From Octopus sinensis (lineage: Eukaryota), in the NCBI RefSeq assembly GCF_006345805.1, contig NC_043001.1, positions 68,820,001 to 68,884,000 on the forward strand: 64,000 bases of DNA, read 5' to 3'. Below are positions 24,511 to 40,250 of this stretch, in pieces. The notes beneath the pieces were generated by a model, which was not told where the DNA came from, did not search any database, and worked only from the letters and a program-made list of their open reading frames with translations. Each line of letters starts with the position of its first letter. The stretch's first letter is position 1. A program made the translations under genes and the position numbers.

Positions 24511-26775
24511 CATAATTTATAATATCAGTGAATGTATTCACCGTTTCCCATAGGTCGCGATGGGAGTAGATTCCATCTAGGCATGTGGATAATGAGTACG
24601 CGTCATTGATAAAGCCCTAGAAAGCAGAAACATATCAAGCGCTCTTGTTAACCATTGCTGGGACAATTTTTCAACTGGTTCCATGAATATGTCCATGAAG
24701 AGAATTTTCTCTTATATGAAAATACGCAGCATCATGCTTCATAAAGATTAAGGGTAATGAGTATTCTAATGAAAAAATATATGTTTCTAACACAGGTATA
24801 AGGCCCGAAAGCGAGGAGTAATCGACTGCATTGACGCGTTACTTGACTTTTGTATTATTTCATAGGTGCCGGAAGGAAGTAGCTGAAGTTGATGCTGACA
24901 GGACTTTCAAGAAATTGAATGATCCGAAGAAATTCCCTGATGTATTTTCATTGATGCTCTGACCTCCATTGCATTTAAACCTAATTTCAAAAAATCCAGC
25001 TTTAACAACCAACCTGGCCCAAAATTGATCAACGACTCAATTATAGACATCTGCATAACCACAGTGTGAGGACTGAAAATAATATAACTAAGAAGAGCTG
25101 CACTGGAAGTGATCAAAACTATAGAAATATATATATATAATTAATATCACGTCACGTAGCGCCGGACACAATACACTCCTGTAAATTCATATGTAATACG
25201 ATTGAGTGTGTTCCGACCCCGACCTAATAAGAACCATCATAATGTTCCACTTCGACTGGTATAATAACATATTATTTTGGCCGATGAATGGCAACATTGC
25301 ACCTTAGAAGGCATATGATCCTACATTATTCAGCTTCATTAATTAGCGAAACCGACACACTCGCTCACAACTTCATAAATATGAAATATAATCCTATATA
25401 AACAGAAAACGTAATGTTTGTTGATACTCATAAAGCTTGGTCAGGCTAGAATTAAATAAACAATGTCGCTCGAAGACACGTAGAATGAAGTATACTCGTG
25501 TCACATCATGTTTAACATGTTCTAGTTAGTTCGGTCAAGATAATACATTTTAATGCCAGAATTGTTTCGGAAAAACTTCTTCAATTAAACTTGTGTAAAA
25601 ATTTATTTTAGATTGTGAGTGATATCATTAGATTGTAAGGCGTATACGTTTGTGCAACATTCCGCTTTGTTAGCTACGAAATAAAGCCCATAGTGCACAC
25701 ACATACACAACAGGCAAGAAACAGGATTATTAAACTGAGGGTATGTGTAAGAATGATTTCAGTATCATACAAACACGCACGAGCAGATTAAAACACTGAA
25801 TAGTTCTAAGGGTAACCAGCTATGCTCATTTGTGTAGTGAAAACATGTGAAAACAGAAGTATTGAAATATAAGAAATAATAATATTGATCACCATTATCA
25901 ACATAAAGAGGAATAAGTAATCATTACAAAGTAAACACAATATATACACTAAAGACTTATAAGTATCTTTTGTGAAATTATATGCCAAAGGCTAATTTTA
26001 ATCATACAGTTTGGAACAATACATATTTATATAGATGGTGAAATTTCACTTCATTTAGGTGGCGGATTTTGCTTAAAGTGGGAAGAACCCAGCCTCTTAT
26101 TCACAGCCAATTAGCTTTGATTCAATAAGGACAATATGCAAATATTTCAGTTCGAGAAAAAACCCCAACAAGAACAAAAACAAAAACAACAAAGAAATTA
26201 GCAAAAAGATGTATATTAATCTTTGCTGTCATTGATAATCTCACGCGTATACATCAATATTACATATTGATTAGTGCAGAATATCGTTTAATTAGAGATG
26301 TCGCTTATTAATAAGGAAAAAAAAAAGATGAAAAGAAATAACGATAATGATAATTATCATCACCACCACCACCACCACCACCACCACAGCCAAAACCACC
26401 ACCAAAACCACCACCACCACCACCACCACCACCACCACCACCACCACCACCACCACCACCACCACCACCACCACCACCACCACCATCAGCATCAGCATCA
26501 ACATCATCATCATCATTACTACTGTTGTTGTTGTTGCTGTTTATAACAATAAAACAAGATGGAAAAATGGGAAATGACATAAAATTGACGAGATTTTGCG
26601 GACGATAAAGGAAGAAAAGCAAAAGAATAAATCTCCATTGTAATGTTAATACTGTTGCTGTTACTGCTGCTTCTGCTACTGCTGGTAATGAAGAAGATGA
26701 TGATGATGTAGAAATAGAAAGGAAGAGTGAGGGAAAGAAAAAGAGAAGAAAGTGAAAGAGAAGAGAAAGAGAAAC

Positions 26776-26814
<39 letters not shown>

Positions 26815-26836
26815 CAAGTGGGACAGTTGAAGCTAC

Positions 26837-26895
<59 letters not shown>

Positions 26896-27245
26896 AATAA
26901 TAATAACAATAATAATAATAATAATAACAATAATAATAATAATAATGGTAATGTTCGTTATCGTTCTCATCCAATAATGATAATTATGATGGCAATATTT
27001 AGTTGAAAAAAAATTGGTGTGGGTCGTAAGGGTAGGCAAGATAGGAATACATAGACATAGCAACAGACACACAGGCATACCTACGGACAGGAAAACACAC
27101 AGACAGATACATACACGTATATGTATATGCAAGTATATGCGTGCATGTATATATATATATTTATATATATATATACACACACACATATATATATATATAT
27201 ATACACACACACAAACACACACACATACACACACACACACACACG

Positions 27246-27280
<35 letters not shown>

Positions 27281-28093
27281 GTATATATATATATAAGTAC
27301 ACACACGCACACACACAAAGACACATATCTAGATATATACATTTATGCAGTGATGAAATGTAAAACGAAAGGTGTTGTCGCCGAGAATTTAATTAAGACA
27401 CAATCATAATATGTTCGTCTAATTGCGTCTGATTTAACAGAGGCAATTAGGCAGAAATATGATGACTGTATCTTAATTACATCCATAGAGGTTACACCTT
27501 TCGATTGGCACTCCATTTTTGTACCATCAATGGCATATGTGTATACATACATATACACATACATACATGCTTAAATACACGCACACACACACACATATAT
27601 ATATACATACATATACGCATACATGCATACATAGATATGTACATATATGTATATATATGTATGTATATATATGTATATATATGTATATATATGTATATAT
27701 TTATATATATATACATACATATATATATGTATATATATGCATATATATATATACATATATGTATGTATATATATATATATATATATACACTCGGAGACAC
27801 ACACGCACATATACTTTGTGGGTGACTCTGTGCGCGTGTGTGTGTATGTGTGTGTGTGTGGGGGGGGGTAGCTACAAAGCAACACACAGAAATAGATGTT
27901 ATATATTTTAGAGTTGTACAAGCCTCGCAAGGGACATGGTCGAGCATAGCGTGTTGAAACTGAAGCAATTACATCGCTGTTTACGCTATCTCAGGTGTGT
28001 AAAATCAAGCAAAAGAGTGTAAAATTTACTTTTTTATGTATCTCTTGAAATGTCACATTATCCCTGACATAGTTTCAAAGCAGTTGTGTTATG

Positions 28094-28131
<38 letters not shown>

Positions 28132-28154
28132 TACATTTGGAGAGAGAGAGAGAG

Positions 28155-28205
<51 letters not shown>

Positions 28206-28708
28206 TTTATAATCATGGTTGTTGTCTAATTAGCACATCATGCAGGATCCACGGTAGCGTAGTATTCAAAAATCTAAAACAGATCCTTAAGACTTCAATT
28301 CATATATAAGAGAATACAACACAACTTCAATATTAGATCTGTTTCAGCTTAATATAAGACCAGAAGAGTGACTATTAAACAGTTTAAATCAGAGGAGTAG
28401 CAGTCAAACTGGCATTACACTTGCGTCTGTAATAGAACGATATTTAGATATCGTATCGCGTACAATGATATGCAGTTCGTACTATGTTATCTAATACTTA
28501 CGATAAAATATGGAAATACGAAATAGGAATGCTATAGACCATTCGCATCCTCGGGCGTGTTAAATTATGTAAATAGACCGATCACTTACTGATTTCACTC
28601 GATAGCACCTCTAAGTTTTAAGAAATTGAATCTGAATAAAATGGTATATGTGTAGATCAACATAGAGTCAAAAGAAACTCGATTGGAATTTATCATATAG
28701 TTTCTTAC

Positions 28709-28798
28709 TTCGTATGTGTTCACCAACTCCATGATAACCAATGAAACCAGGTTAGCCAGTGTGCTAAACATATACCACTTTTTCTTTACAACGGTATA
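28709..28798 (-). CDS. Candidate host-gene exon (90 nt, phase 0 to 0)
   Basis: Acceptor tcctttctatgaag, donor GAA|gtaaga. Frame YTVVKKKWYMFSTLANLVSLVIMELVNTYE, the only open frame. Confidence 0.35.
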
Positions 28799-29474
28799 CT
28801 TCATAGAAAGGACATGTAACAATACACATGATGAAGCTTGAATTAACACTACATAGAATTAACAATACATAGATGGGTGAATAATTTCTATGCTTAATGG
28901 TGTCAATACGTTACCAATGATTTCATATATATATAAGTAATTATGCGGATAAAAAGCAAATTAGATATCTTAAATATAATAATTTGGGTATGAAATACAA
29001 AATATGCATATATGTATACATGCAAAATGAGAGCAAGCCAGAAATGAGGAAATTCAGACGATGAATATTTTAGTATAAATATATAAATATTTATGTTAAT
29101 AGATCCAACACAGAGTACAAACAAAAGAGATAATTAAAAGGAAGGAAGGAAGATGCTATTAGTCCAAAAGCTGTGTTGGAGGGCTCGGAGATCGATCCTA
29201 ATATTGGTAGATGTAGTTTATCACATTATGCAGCCGTGATTGCCTGAAATCTAACATCTTTTCTACTTTAGGTGAGGGAAGCACGATTAATCCACATTTG
29301 ATTGCTTCATTTATGGCCGCATATTGCGATGAAGTACATCTACCAACATTATAGTAATTCTTTATTCCGTGAAATTTATTCCCTGTAACGACATTTGAAT
29401 CTAACTTTGAATCATTTGAGCACAATTAAGTGTACTGAGAATCTTCGGACTGCATCTGGTGACTATATGTATCT

Positions 29475-29641
<167 letters not shown>

Positions 29642-29792
29642 CGTAATATAAGGATTCAAATAGAATCGTGTACTATTAAAAAAATGCGTAAGAAACAGCT
29701 GTAATGAACTGACATTTATCCACCGTCTCTTATTGCTCATTTGATGTATGCGTGCGTGTGTGTATACACACACGCGCGTACATCAAATGAGC

Positions 29793-29837
<45 letters not shown>

Positions 29838-30151
29838 ACACACACATACGCATATTCCTATATATATATATATACATGTGTTGGTATGTCTATGTGTATT
29901 GCATTTGTGTGTGTGCGTGTGTCTATCCATATGTAGGGCTTCTGTTTATCAAGATCACAATATCGGCAAACTTTAAAAAAGTCCATTTGTATGTCAAGAA
30001 TTATATTAAATATTCTATTATTTGTTAGCTCGCAAAAGTTTATCTAAAAAGAGATTGTGGAGATGCTGCTCTATGAACTATATCTATGATTATGTTTTTG
30101 ACAGATTCTGTAGCGAGCATTAACTATATTATTTACCCCACTATATATATG

Positions 30152-30222
<71 letters not shown>

Positions 30223-30327
30223 ATGTATATACAATTTTTGTCGTCCTTATATAATCGTCTCTCTCCCTCCCTAGATATGTGTGTGTGTGCGTTTGTCTCT
30301 GCTTTTGAGTCTTTATGTGTGTGTGTG

Positions 30328-30377
<50 letters not shown>

Positions 30378-31497
30378 TATAGATAGAATTATGTTTGAGT
30401 TTATATATGTGTATAAGTCTATACATATCGGCAGATAACAATCTGTCTGTATATATAGATTGTTATATATTAGATTAACTTTCAATTTCATGTTTTATTA
30501 ATATATCTGCAATAAATAATAGCACGTGTGTGTATGTAGCTTTCGTGTCATAAGTTCGTTTTAAAAACTGGAGGTATCTTGTACCATTACGATGCATACA
30601 TTTAAACAGCAGCCACTTTAAAAGCTATCTTTTGTATCACACCTTAACTGTTGCTAATGCCACGTGAAAAATCCATTAAAACACTGACACACATTCTTCT
30701 AAATGGACACGATTTCACATAAAGGGTTCATAGTATCCTGTCAGTAATAAGTGTTTTAGTCGTTTCTAGATACATCTGAAATATTCTAATGTGTCTTCAG
30801 AAGGGCACAAGATGTCAATATATGTATCTACACACAAACCTGCCTATAATATATTTTTCCTATTGAGTCTAGGTTTTGGTGTTGGACTGAGTATAACTAA
30901 CTTAAGCAATTAGTTTCTAATGGAATTCTAAACTTCCGTAGGTTTTAAATAAACATGTGATTGCTACTTTGCAGAAGGTCAATACGCTCTTTACCAGTAC
31001 CTGAAATATTAAGTCTCTTTCTGTAGCTCTCTCCTTATGTAAATTTTCTTCAGCTATAATAAAATTCTGGAGTTGATAGCTTTACGTTTGACGTTTTACT
31101 GTTCGTGTTGGTTTAGTGTATCCTATCATCTTTATCCAACATGTTTTCCACATGATGCAATTAGCATGTGATCAACCTATTGGGCAGTTATAGATGCTTC
31201 CCTCTAGTTTTGTTATCCACCCAGCTGGAGTTATTTCAATGGAAGATGAACTGCATCTATCACGTGGTTGTTGTTTTGAAGATGTAGCAATTGTACACTG
31301 AGGCGGAGTGATTTCTCCTATGTGTATTATCAGATGTTTCCATATTATCTCCAACGTCAACATCATTCATAGATATTTTATGTGAAAGTGGATGGGCATT
31401 TTGCTACCGATATGTTCTCAAAAGTCGTCTTTTATCAAAAGAGATTTCGAGAATTTTGAAAACCTCTCCGTCCTCGATTTCAAAATATTTAAAAGTA

Positions 31498-32804
31498 TAG
31501 GAAGGTCGGCTGAAAATTTTATGATCTAACTAAGATACTCCCATGAAATGCGACCAAATGGAGTTTATTTGTCAACATATTGCCCCTTTGCAGTCCACAC
31601 CCTTGATCCATCGGTGTTGCAGTGCTTGGATCCCATTGGTTAAGAAGCTTTCATTCTGTTGGTAAAAAATGTCATCAAAAACAGATATGACATCATCATT
31701 GCGACACTAGTTCCCAGCCAAGTGTTTTTTTCACATGCTGGGGAACTAATGATAGATAGATAGAACTAAATCAGGAGAATAGCAAGGATAATCAGCCAGT
31801 ACAGAGACACAGTCACGCAGAGCAACCAATGAAACCAAGGGCTTGTATGCTGGAGCAGTGTGTTGATGAACCAAAACCCCTTTCGTCAGTTTCTCTGGGC
31901 GTTTGGTTTTGTTAGCCTTTCGTAACTGCTTCAGCAAGTTGGCATGGCTGATACGGCAATTTTGAATATATCATCACTCCATTCATGATACGGCACTTGT
32001 GAATATAGTCAATAAACTCAACGTCCTTTTGCATTCCGAAAAACTGAGGACATCATCTTTCCTCCTGGTAAAACGACCTTAACCTTCTTTGAAGCAAAGG
32101 ATGAGGGTGCTTCCACTGTACAGTTTGTCTCTTTGTTTCTGATTCAAATTGATGAAGGCAATATTAATCCTTGCTGAAGAAATGTTCAAGGAAACCAGGT
32201 GTGTCTACCTCAAACAATGTCAGATTTGCTCGATATGAGATTAGCCTGATGAGGTTTTAATCAGATATCAGAAGAGGTGGCACCCACTAAATATAAACCT
32301 TCATCATGCCAACTTCCTTCTGCAGACTATTCTCAACTCTCCTACGGGATATGGTAATAGCACTGACTATTTGATTTGTAGTCACTTGCTTTTCATTCAC
32401 TAACATGTGGTGAACACGATCAATGTTTTCTCCGTTGGTGGCAATTGCAGGACATCCAGATCTCGAGCCAATTTCAAGACTCTTCGTTCCCTTCTTAAAT
32501 TCAGCTTCCCAATTTGCACTGTTGTTAACGCCGGATCACCATCCTCTAATAAAGCAACCATGTCAGTATGAATTTTGTTGGGGGCGAACCTTTCTACTGC
32601 AGGTATATGATAACAACACGATGCTAAATTCTGTCCAATTTCAAGAGAAGTCGTTACTATTTACATTCGAAGTCTTCTTTGAACAGTCAATTATCAGTTT
32701 ATCTGGAAAAAACAAGGTAATTATTAATAAAAACCTTCAAGATTTCACAGCTCTAGCATCAATCCTACATAATTAGCCTTTGAAAGTTTCAGCCCGCTCT
32801 CCTA
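31498..32804 (-). mobile_element. Full-length degenerate mariner transposon
   Basis: Imperfect TIRs TAGGAAGGTCGGCTGAAA and TAGGAGAGCGGGCTGAAA with TA on both sides. WVPPLL and YSPDL motifs. Confidence 0.85.
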
Positions 32805-34315
32805 TAGTCTACAGACTTGGTTCTAAACCATTTTTGTTCGTTTGTTTGCTGGGCTCATTTTATATCCAAATTTCCTCTCTCGGTTCCTGTTCCATCTCAT
32901 ACATATTATTATTGGAGTAATTATTTTACAATTTGAAATGTTTGTTCATAGTAGCTTTGTATAAACGTATACTAATAAGTTTATAGAAATTTTAAAACAA
33001 ATTGTATAAAGAAATATAACTATAATGACTTCCACTAATTTACTTTATGTGTATTCATTTGCCAAAAAGACATGAAAGATAACGAAAATATTCGTATGAT
33101 TGACTATTTTGTGTGCACCTTATGACTGCGACAAACTATGTTTTTCAACATAGTCTAGCTGCAGTGTTGTTAGTGACAAACAAATAATACATTTCCTTAG
33201 AATATTAGGGCGGTGCGAGCACTTATTTACAAATGGATCAACCGATGAAACAAATTTTTGTGCGATTAGAAACCAAAATTATCCATAACTTTCGCTCAGA
33301 TAAGTGGAAGTTTAGCAATTTTAAGTTCTGCAACTTATGTTAGAAATCGTAACTCGAGGATTTCTAATAATTTAAAGTTAATGTTAGCGGAATTTACTCC
33401 TAAGAGATCTATCACCAAATCTAAAGAGCAAAATACGTTCATGGTTGCATATTGCCTTCTTGAAGTTAGGGATTACAACAATAATTACAGTTCTAATTTT
33501 AGTTTCAAAATTAACAACTTTGTCAGCATTAGGAATAAATTAAAATTTTAGTGACGATAGTGGACAGACTATGTGTAATATTTCTTTTATGAATGTATGA
33601 CTAGAAAGTAATCAATTAGATCTCGCATTTTCAGCTCATTGGTGGATAGAAATGAATTCCAAAGTGAGGGTAAAATTCTGTTGATCACGCGAATCTTTAC
33701 CAAAGTTTACGGACGCGGTAGCTCAGTTCTACACTTGACGGCCTCCTCTGATGTGGTTAGACAGTCTTCATAATTTCAGACATGGTAGAATGTGGGGGAC
33801 ATTTACTCGTATTCTGGAATAGGAACAGAGAAAACATTGCCGGTATATATGACTTATATAATGTATGTATGTTTCATGCGATTTGTAATCATCAGTTATT
33901 GACGTATGTTAAATATACTCTTCTTATTTGCATACTGGTGTTTTAAGGACATCCGTCTTTGTGCTGTATTATTACTGAGTAATGCTGATGAATGGGACTG
34001 GAGGCATTTGTTCAGGTAGCTGAGGCTTTATGATCATGTAATTGATGACTGCCTAACTCATGAAACCGAGTATATTATATAGAACTTTAATACCGACTAC
34101 GTTTTCTGTCTTGTCATCCATCCGTTTCGGCATACGATGGAGCACATAAAACTCTAAATATGTCGTGCACTTTAATAGGCAATTTATAAACATAATGCAA
34201 ACACATACATGTTCATGTCATATTTGTGCAAACCTATAGCATGACAAAGAAATATTAATTAGAACTCATTATATTCAGTCAAATAGGAAATCACAAATGT
34301 GGGAAATGACAGTAC

Positions 34316-34490
34316 CCTTCTCATCCGGACTCGCAACAATATAAACCAGCTGACTCCAAATGAATAGGAGAATAGTTTCAAACAACAATTCTCTGAAATT
34401 AAAATGCTATTGAGAAAATAACAGCTTGCTTTACTTTTCTGGCTATGGGCAACTGGTTCTACTTCATTGGAAGTCATAGGTTTTCTGTCT
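34316..34490 (-). CDS. Candidate host-gene exon (175 nt, phase 2 to 0)
   Basis: Acceptor ttgtgtcttcctag, donor AGG|gtactg, open frame DRKPMTSNEVEPV...RVRMRR. Phase-compatible with 28709-28798. Confidence 0.25.
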
Positions 34491-35473
34491 CTAGGAAGAC
34501 ACAACATTTAGACATATATACAACAAAATGGATAGAGACCGTTTGTGGCCTAGAGTTATACGCATAATTAAAACAAAATGAGTTAAGAAAAATAAACTGC
34601 ACACGTACACATACACACGCACCCACACATGCACACACACACACATACTCTCATATCCATCCATATGTATGGGCACATATAGTTAATTAGAGAGATATGA
34701 ACATGTGTAGGTGTTTAGCATGTTGTGTATATATGTATAATGTATAATACAGCTTGAATTAAGCAAGAAAGAATGTGATCAATATCTCTGAGAAAATTGC
34801 ATGTTTTATTTATACATTTGGATTTAAATTTCATATCTTCTGAAGTTTGATTCTTTGTAGGCCTATAACTGGAATAATGAAGCTGTGAATTTTTAAATCT
34901 AATCCTTGGGTGCGTGTACAACAATATACAGAGAAAACTATGCATAAGGACATACGTGCATCTTAAATCGTTTGAACATTAGGAATTCATTAGTATGCGG
35001 CATGAATATATTAACTTCTATATTTACACTCATAGCACACGTCAATATATATGAGCGTATATACATACGGGACGTGTTGTTTCGCTGCATATTTCGTATG
35101 CAAAAATGAAATTACTCTTCAAAAAAAACTTTCGATATAATAAGAACAATAGTTTGTAATATGAGCAATGTCTCATAGGTTCCGAAGTTATATACAAGGT
35201 TTGTTCCAAATATATTTAATTTTTCCATTAATATTCAGCGTTTCATTGTGTTTTATATTCAAAGATTACGTTAGAATCTCTCAGTTGCTGCTATCACAAC
35301 TATATATCGTACCTTTAAATATTATGTTCAAGGCAGCGATTGAAATTAATGCGATTATGTCTCACCATCCTTAAACTGTAATGCTAAGATAAGCAATAAT
35401 AAGATATTTTCTTCCTTCTCACGTAAGGATTTGTATTATAATGTTTGCGAACCAATGTATTTATTTGCACTTC

Positions 35474-35554
<81 letters not shown>

Positions 35555-37364
35555 CATATACATATACAAACATAAGTACATACACACATACACAAAGGTA
35601 GTAAATGCTGTCCATGACAATTCCTTAGAAATCCTCTTTCCCAGGAATTAACACTTCAAAACTCACTTCGGTTGTGAGGGATTAAATTTGGCACCACTGG
35701 ACGCTGCAAGTCTAAATTTCAAAATTCAAAATTCAAATTCCTTAAATGTAATATAAACGAATTAAATGTGTAAAAAAGAAAAGTAGAAAGGGTCTTATAT
35801 TGATAAGCGTCCGGCTAACGAGAAGCTGGGAGCAAATCAGAAGTTTGGAAGGTAGAAGATAAAACAACAATAAAGTAGCAGCCTCATCACTGTTGGCATT
35901 TAAATGGAAATGGAACTTAATATGGCTAGCAACCTGTAATATGACCTTCAATGAAAATCACCGATGGAGAATAAATATGCAATAATATTGTTTACTTTTT
36001 GTTTGAATCACTTATTATCATATGTTGCCTTCAGAACGAAGGATGAAATGAAAATTGCTGCTTCGATGAACAATTTTCTTTAAAAAGAAATTGGAAGAAC
36101 ATATCAAAATGCTAAGACTGTCCATGTTCCACTGAAGCATTTCATTCGAAATTTCCATTTCAGATATGGCGTCCCCGAAGAAACAGGAATTATATTATCT
36201 CCGCATGTGCATTGCAAAGAAAAAATGATCGGGTAAAGGATAGTCAAAAGATATTTCTTTCTCTCAAATTCCCGATGATTCATTGGGTGATTAGTTTTCT
36301 TGCGGATGCACAGCTTTAAGTGGATGAGCGACAAATGAAGCTCTCCAGGTAGAAAACTAATCGATCATGACGTTAAATTCTGCAACGCTTAGGTACATTA
36401 TTAGCGGATGAGAAGTCTGAAAGACAATTTTAAAAATATGAATTTCTTATATATTGGACGCATCCTTTTTAGATGACATAAATCTTATGACCTATAAACT
36501 CTCATCCTTACTAACTTACACCTCTACTCAACACATGATAGATACTATTTTGCTTAAAAAACAATGAATACGTTATAGCTTTTGTAGTCGTCGATATAAA
36601 CGTTGGTTGTTTGGTTGGTTGGTAGGTTGATTTCTCAAGTCACGCTTTATATCGTATAGAAAGAAAGAGTGAGAGAATGAAAGAGGGATAGGGATCATTA
36701 ATATAAGAGGCGCATGGCACACGATGAGTAAATGAGTGCTACATCCACAGTGAAAAAGAGTCAAAGAGACAGGGGAGGATTACGAAGGGGAATAAGGAAT
36801 GTAAATGAAAGAGAAGATATGAGAGAAGTAATAAAATGGAGGAATAAAGAGCTGCCCTCCGTAGTCTAGATAGAATGGTGATTAGCATATTCACGTTCGA
36901 ATCTGACGAAATATATCATGAATGAGTATGTACGTTATTGTTTTCCTTTATTTCATCAATATTCAGGTAACAAATAATTTCTTTTATCATTAGAATTCAT
37001 TTCATAATCTTGCATAGGCACAAAGGAGTTTAGTAAATGATAAAATCTAATTATTGAAAGTAGGAAATAATTCCTGATGTTATCCATGGTTGCAAAAATA
37101 TAATTTCAAAGTTATCTACTGTAAGATGGTAACAATAGTATCACTTTTATCTTTTGCTTGTTTCAATCACTAGACTGCAACCATGCTGGGACACCGCCTT
37201 GAACAAGTTTTAGTCGAATGAATTGACCCCAATATTTATCATTTTAAGCATAGTACTTCTTCTATTGTTCTTTTGTTGAACAGCTATGTTACAGGGACGT
37301 AGGTACACTAACACCGGATGTCAAGCGGTGGTGAGGACAAATAGAGACGCAAAGACGCACACAA

Positions 37365-37418
<54 letters not shown>

Positions 37419-38189
37419 CAGTTTCTGCTAACCAAATCCACTCACAAGGCATGTGAGTGCCCAGTGTACCGCGCAGTGGGACTGAACTCGGAACTATGTA
37501 GTTGGGAAGCAAGCTTCGTATCACATACCCTTTCCTGCACCTACGAGAGATTCATAAAGAAATTGAATGTAAGTTTTTATCTACGACGATTGAGTTCCGA
37601 TTATAAGCTTAGAATTAGAAAGACATAAATACACACACAGTGCATACATGCGCAAACACAAGCCCACACACACATATGCACGCGCGCACGCAAGCACACA
37701 CACATACACACACACATACATACACGCACAAACATATAACAAATGAACAGATAGTCCAGGGTTGCTCAAGTTGTTTCATTAGGGATAATTATTTCGAAGT
37801 GGGCGTAATACAATATCCAAGTTGTGCAATATTCTATGATCGTCAGGTAATATCTCAAGATATGTTGAGTTACCGGAGGTCAGGGGAAACTGAACGATGC
37901 CCATTATATGTATACTCAAATAAGTAATCACATACGATGGATAATTGTCAGCTCATTACAGCTGTTTCTTACGTATCATTTTTAATAAAAGAATGAGAAC
38001 ATTGCTCCATTACAAAAAACCATAATCATAAGATGAAAACTAATTTTGCAAACAAAAGAGTATCCCAAGAGTATAGAAGGAACGTGGTTGAAGTCTGTAG
38101 AAGCCAACTATGAAATGGGAAAATGACCAACAAACTTGGCCGTTGAGGTTAAGAATATAGTTGTTGAAAGTGAGTAATATGATATCTAA

Positions 38190-38700
38190 GATGAGATATC
38201 ATATCACCCAGATGAAATAGGAGTCTGCTAAACTGGTTCTTAGGGAGGCTGGAGTGGGGCTGTAGGTGATATTCTATTATAGTATTCTTAGAGCAGTGAG
38301 AATTAAGAAAAGGTCCTAATATAAATTAAGGATAAAAACAGAAAGAATAAATAAAGCAAAAGATACGCAGACAATAGGGTCGATAAACCATACTGAAACA
38401 GCAGATACGGGTGCAGACTTTGTTGTATGGAGCTGTTTGAAATTTTAAAGAGATCAAATAGTGAAAATCTACTAAATAATAAACTAGACCTTCGCCTTTC
38501 CTGCATACATGAGGCTATACGCACGTTTAAATATTTCAAGGACATTGAACAATCTCCATAATAGCTCTTGAACTAGAGCCAATCCAATTTACTCTCCCTT
38601 TTGCTCACCCAATAGTCGATCGGTCTACCTATTACTGTTTGAGTCCTAGTCTCGTTTCCCTTTGCCGTTATTTTCTAACCGCTCTCGATATACTTTTATG
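38190..38700 (-). mobile_element. Degenerate PLE GIY-YIG-region fragment
   Basis: IPYHKSIS...LKYLNVRIA similarity. About 55-bp inverted copy at 39592-39648. Confidence 0.45.
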
Positions 38701-38859
38701 ATATGGTATATTGAAGGATCTAACCATTTTATCAGGAGTGTACCCGGTATTATGCAATAGCGATAGCAAAGATATCTAACCTAGGAGTAGCAGCCTGCAC
38801 ACTCTAGCCAGGTCTTTTCCAGTTGTAATAGATATAGTTATTTAAGCAGTGCTTGGTAA

Positions 38860-39078
38860 ATAATCCTTTCTACTGGAGGCACAAGGCCTCAACTTTGGCG
38901 TCGGGTGGATAGTCGATTGCATTGCCCCAGTGTTTCACTGGTACTTAATTTATCGGCATTAAAAGGATGAAAAGCACTGTCATCCTCGGCGGAATTTGAA
39001 CTCAGAACGTAGCGACGGGCTAAATACCGCTAAGCATTTCGTCCAGCGTGCTTACGGTTCTGCCAGCTCACCGCCTTA
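38860..39078 (-). mobile_element. tRNA-derived SINE (family C)
   Basis: Reverse complement of the 54202-54418 consensus (A-box ggcgagctggcagaa, B-box gagttcaaattcc). Confidence 0.85.
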
Positions 39079-40250
39079 GCCCTTGTTAACTAATAGATAG
39101 AACATACTATTCACACCTTCGACTCACGACTATTGTCTGGAGTTGCTTTACCTGATTCACACACAGGTGATTATACTATCTAATTAAATATCAACACCAC
39201 CTTTATAACATTTCATATTGTTAATCATTAGAATGCACCCTACTCCTGGCTTTCTTTTATACCCGTTCTGGTATTTCCTCTAACTCCGTACTAGTTGTAG
39301 TTTCTTATGTAACCTTCTTTCTTTAAACTCCTTAATGATAAGTAGTGCTCTACTTTTAATAACATTACTATTCCATAAAAGTTAGAACAGTATACCCCTA
39401 AATTCTAGGTATCCACAGCATACCCCTAAATTCTGTGTACTTCTGCCAAACTCCCTTCGTTCTTTAGCATTAGCTAGAGAATCCTAAACCCAACCCAATT
39501 CCTAACTGCCTTGTATCCTTTTATTTTTCTTCACCCTTACTTTTGCTTTCTTTATTTATCCTTAGTTTATATTAGGACCTCTCCTCACTTCCCACAGCTC
39601 TAAGAATACTATAATAGAATATCATCTACACCCCACTCCAGCCTGTCTAACTCACCCGGGTTGCTGACCTTCGATATCATATTATACGAAGAGTTCCTGT
39701 CTCGTCCGCCTTTTCATTGTGATCTGTGGTAAGTACTTTTGAATAGTATAGTCGCGGTCAGCTTCATATGGACTTTGAGTCTTTACATCTATACGGACTT
39801 GTTTAGTGAGATTCAGTTTGTTATAGCTTGTTATAGTTTGTTATTTGAAACCGTAAATCCATCAGTGCGTGCGTTAATTTTATAGAATTGCTTTTTAGCA
39901 TTGAGATTTGATAAGTAATACCGTGATCATACTCATTGCTACTCTGTTAAACCGGTTGCACACTGCTTCAGACAAAACGGTCTTAGATAAGATACTGTCA
40001 GTCAGTGTCCGCAACCATGTTCTTGGAATCTGGGTCTTAACTTCAACAATTGTCATTATTTTGTGAGATTGGAAACCGTCGATATTTGACATTATTTTTG
40101 CAACAATTAGATAAGGATAAATAATTGTACTAATTCCAGAAAAAAAAAATTATAGCTAAACTAGATGTTGTTCAGAATTGCTAAAGTCAAAACCGAAAAC
40201 ATGATTTCGGATGCAAGCTTATCTTGTCTTGTCTAAGACTGGTTTATTTG

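Noticed and set aside
27366-27504. Imperfect inverted repeat cgaaaggtgt...acacctttcg
   Set aside because: Short and degenerate, with no TSD or second copy seen.
29685-29715. GAAACAGCTGTA half-motif (also 37957-37970, minus)
   Set aside because: Only the 3' half of a family G-like HHR is present, with no CUGANGA upstream.
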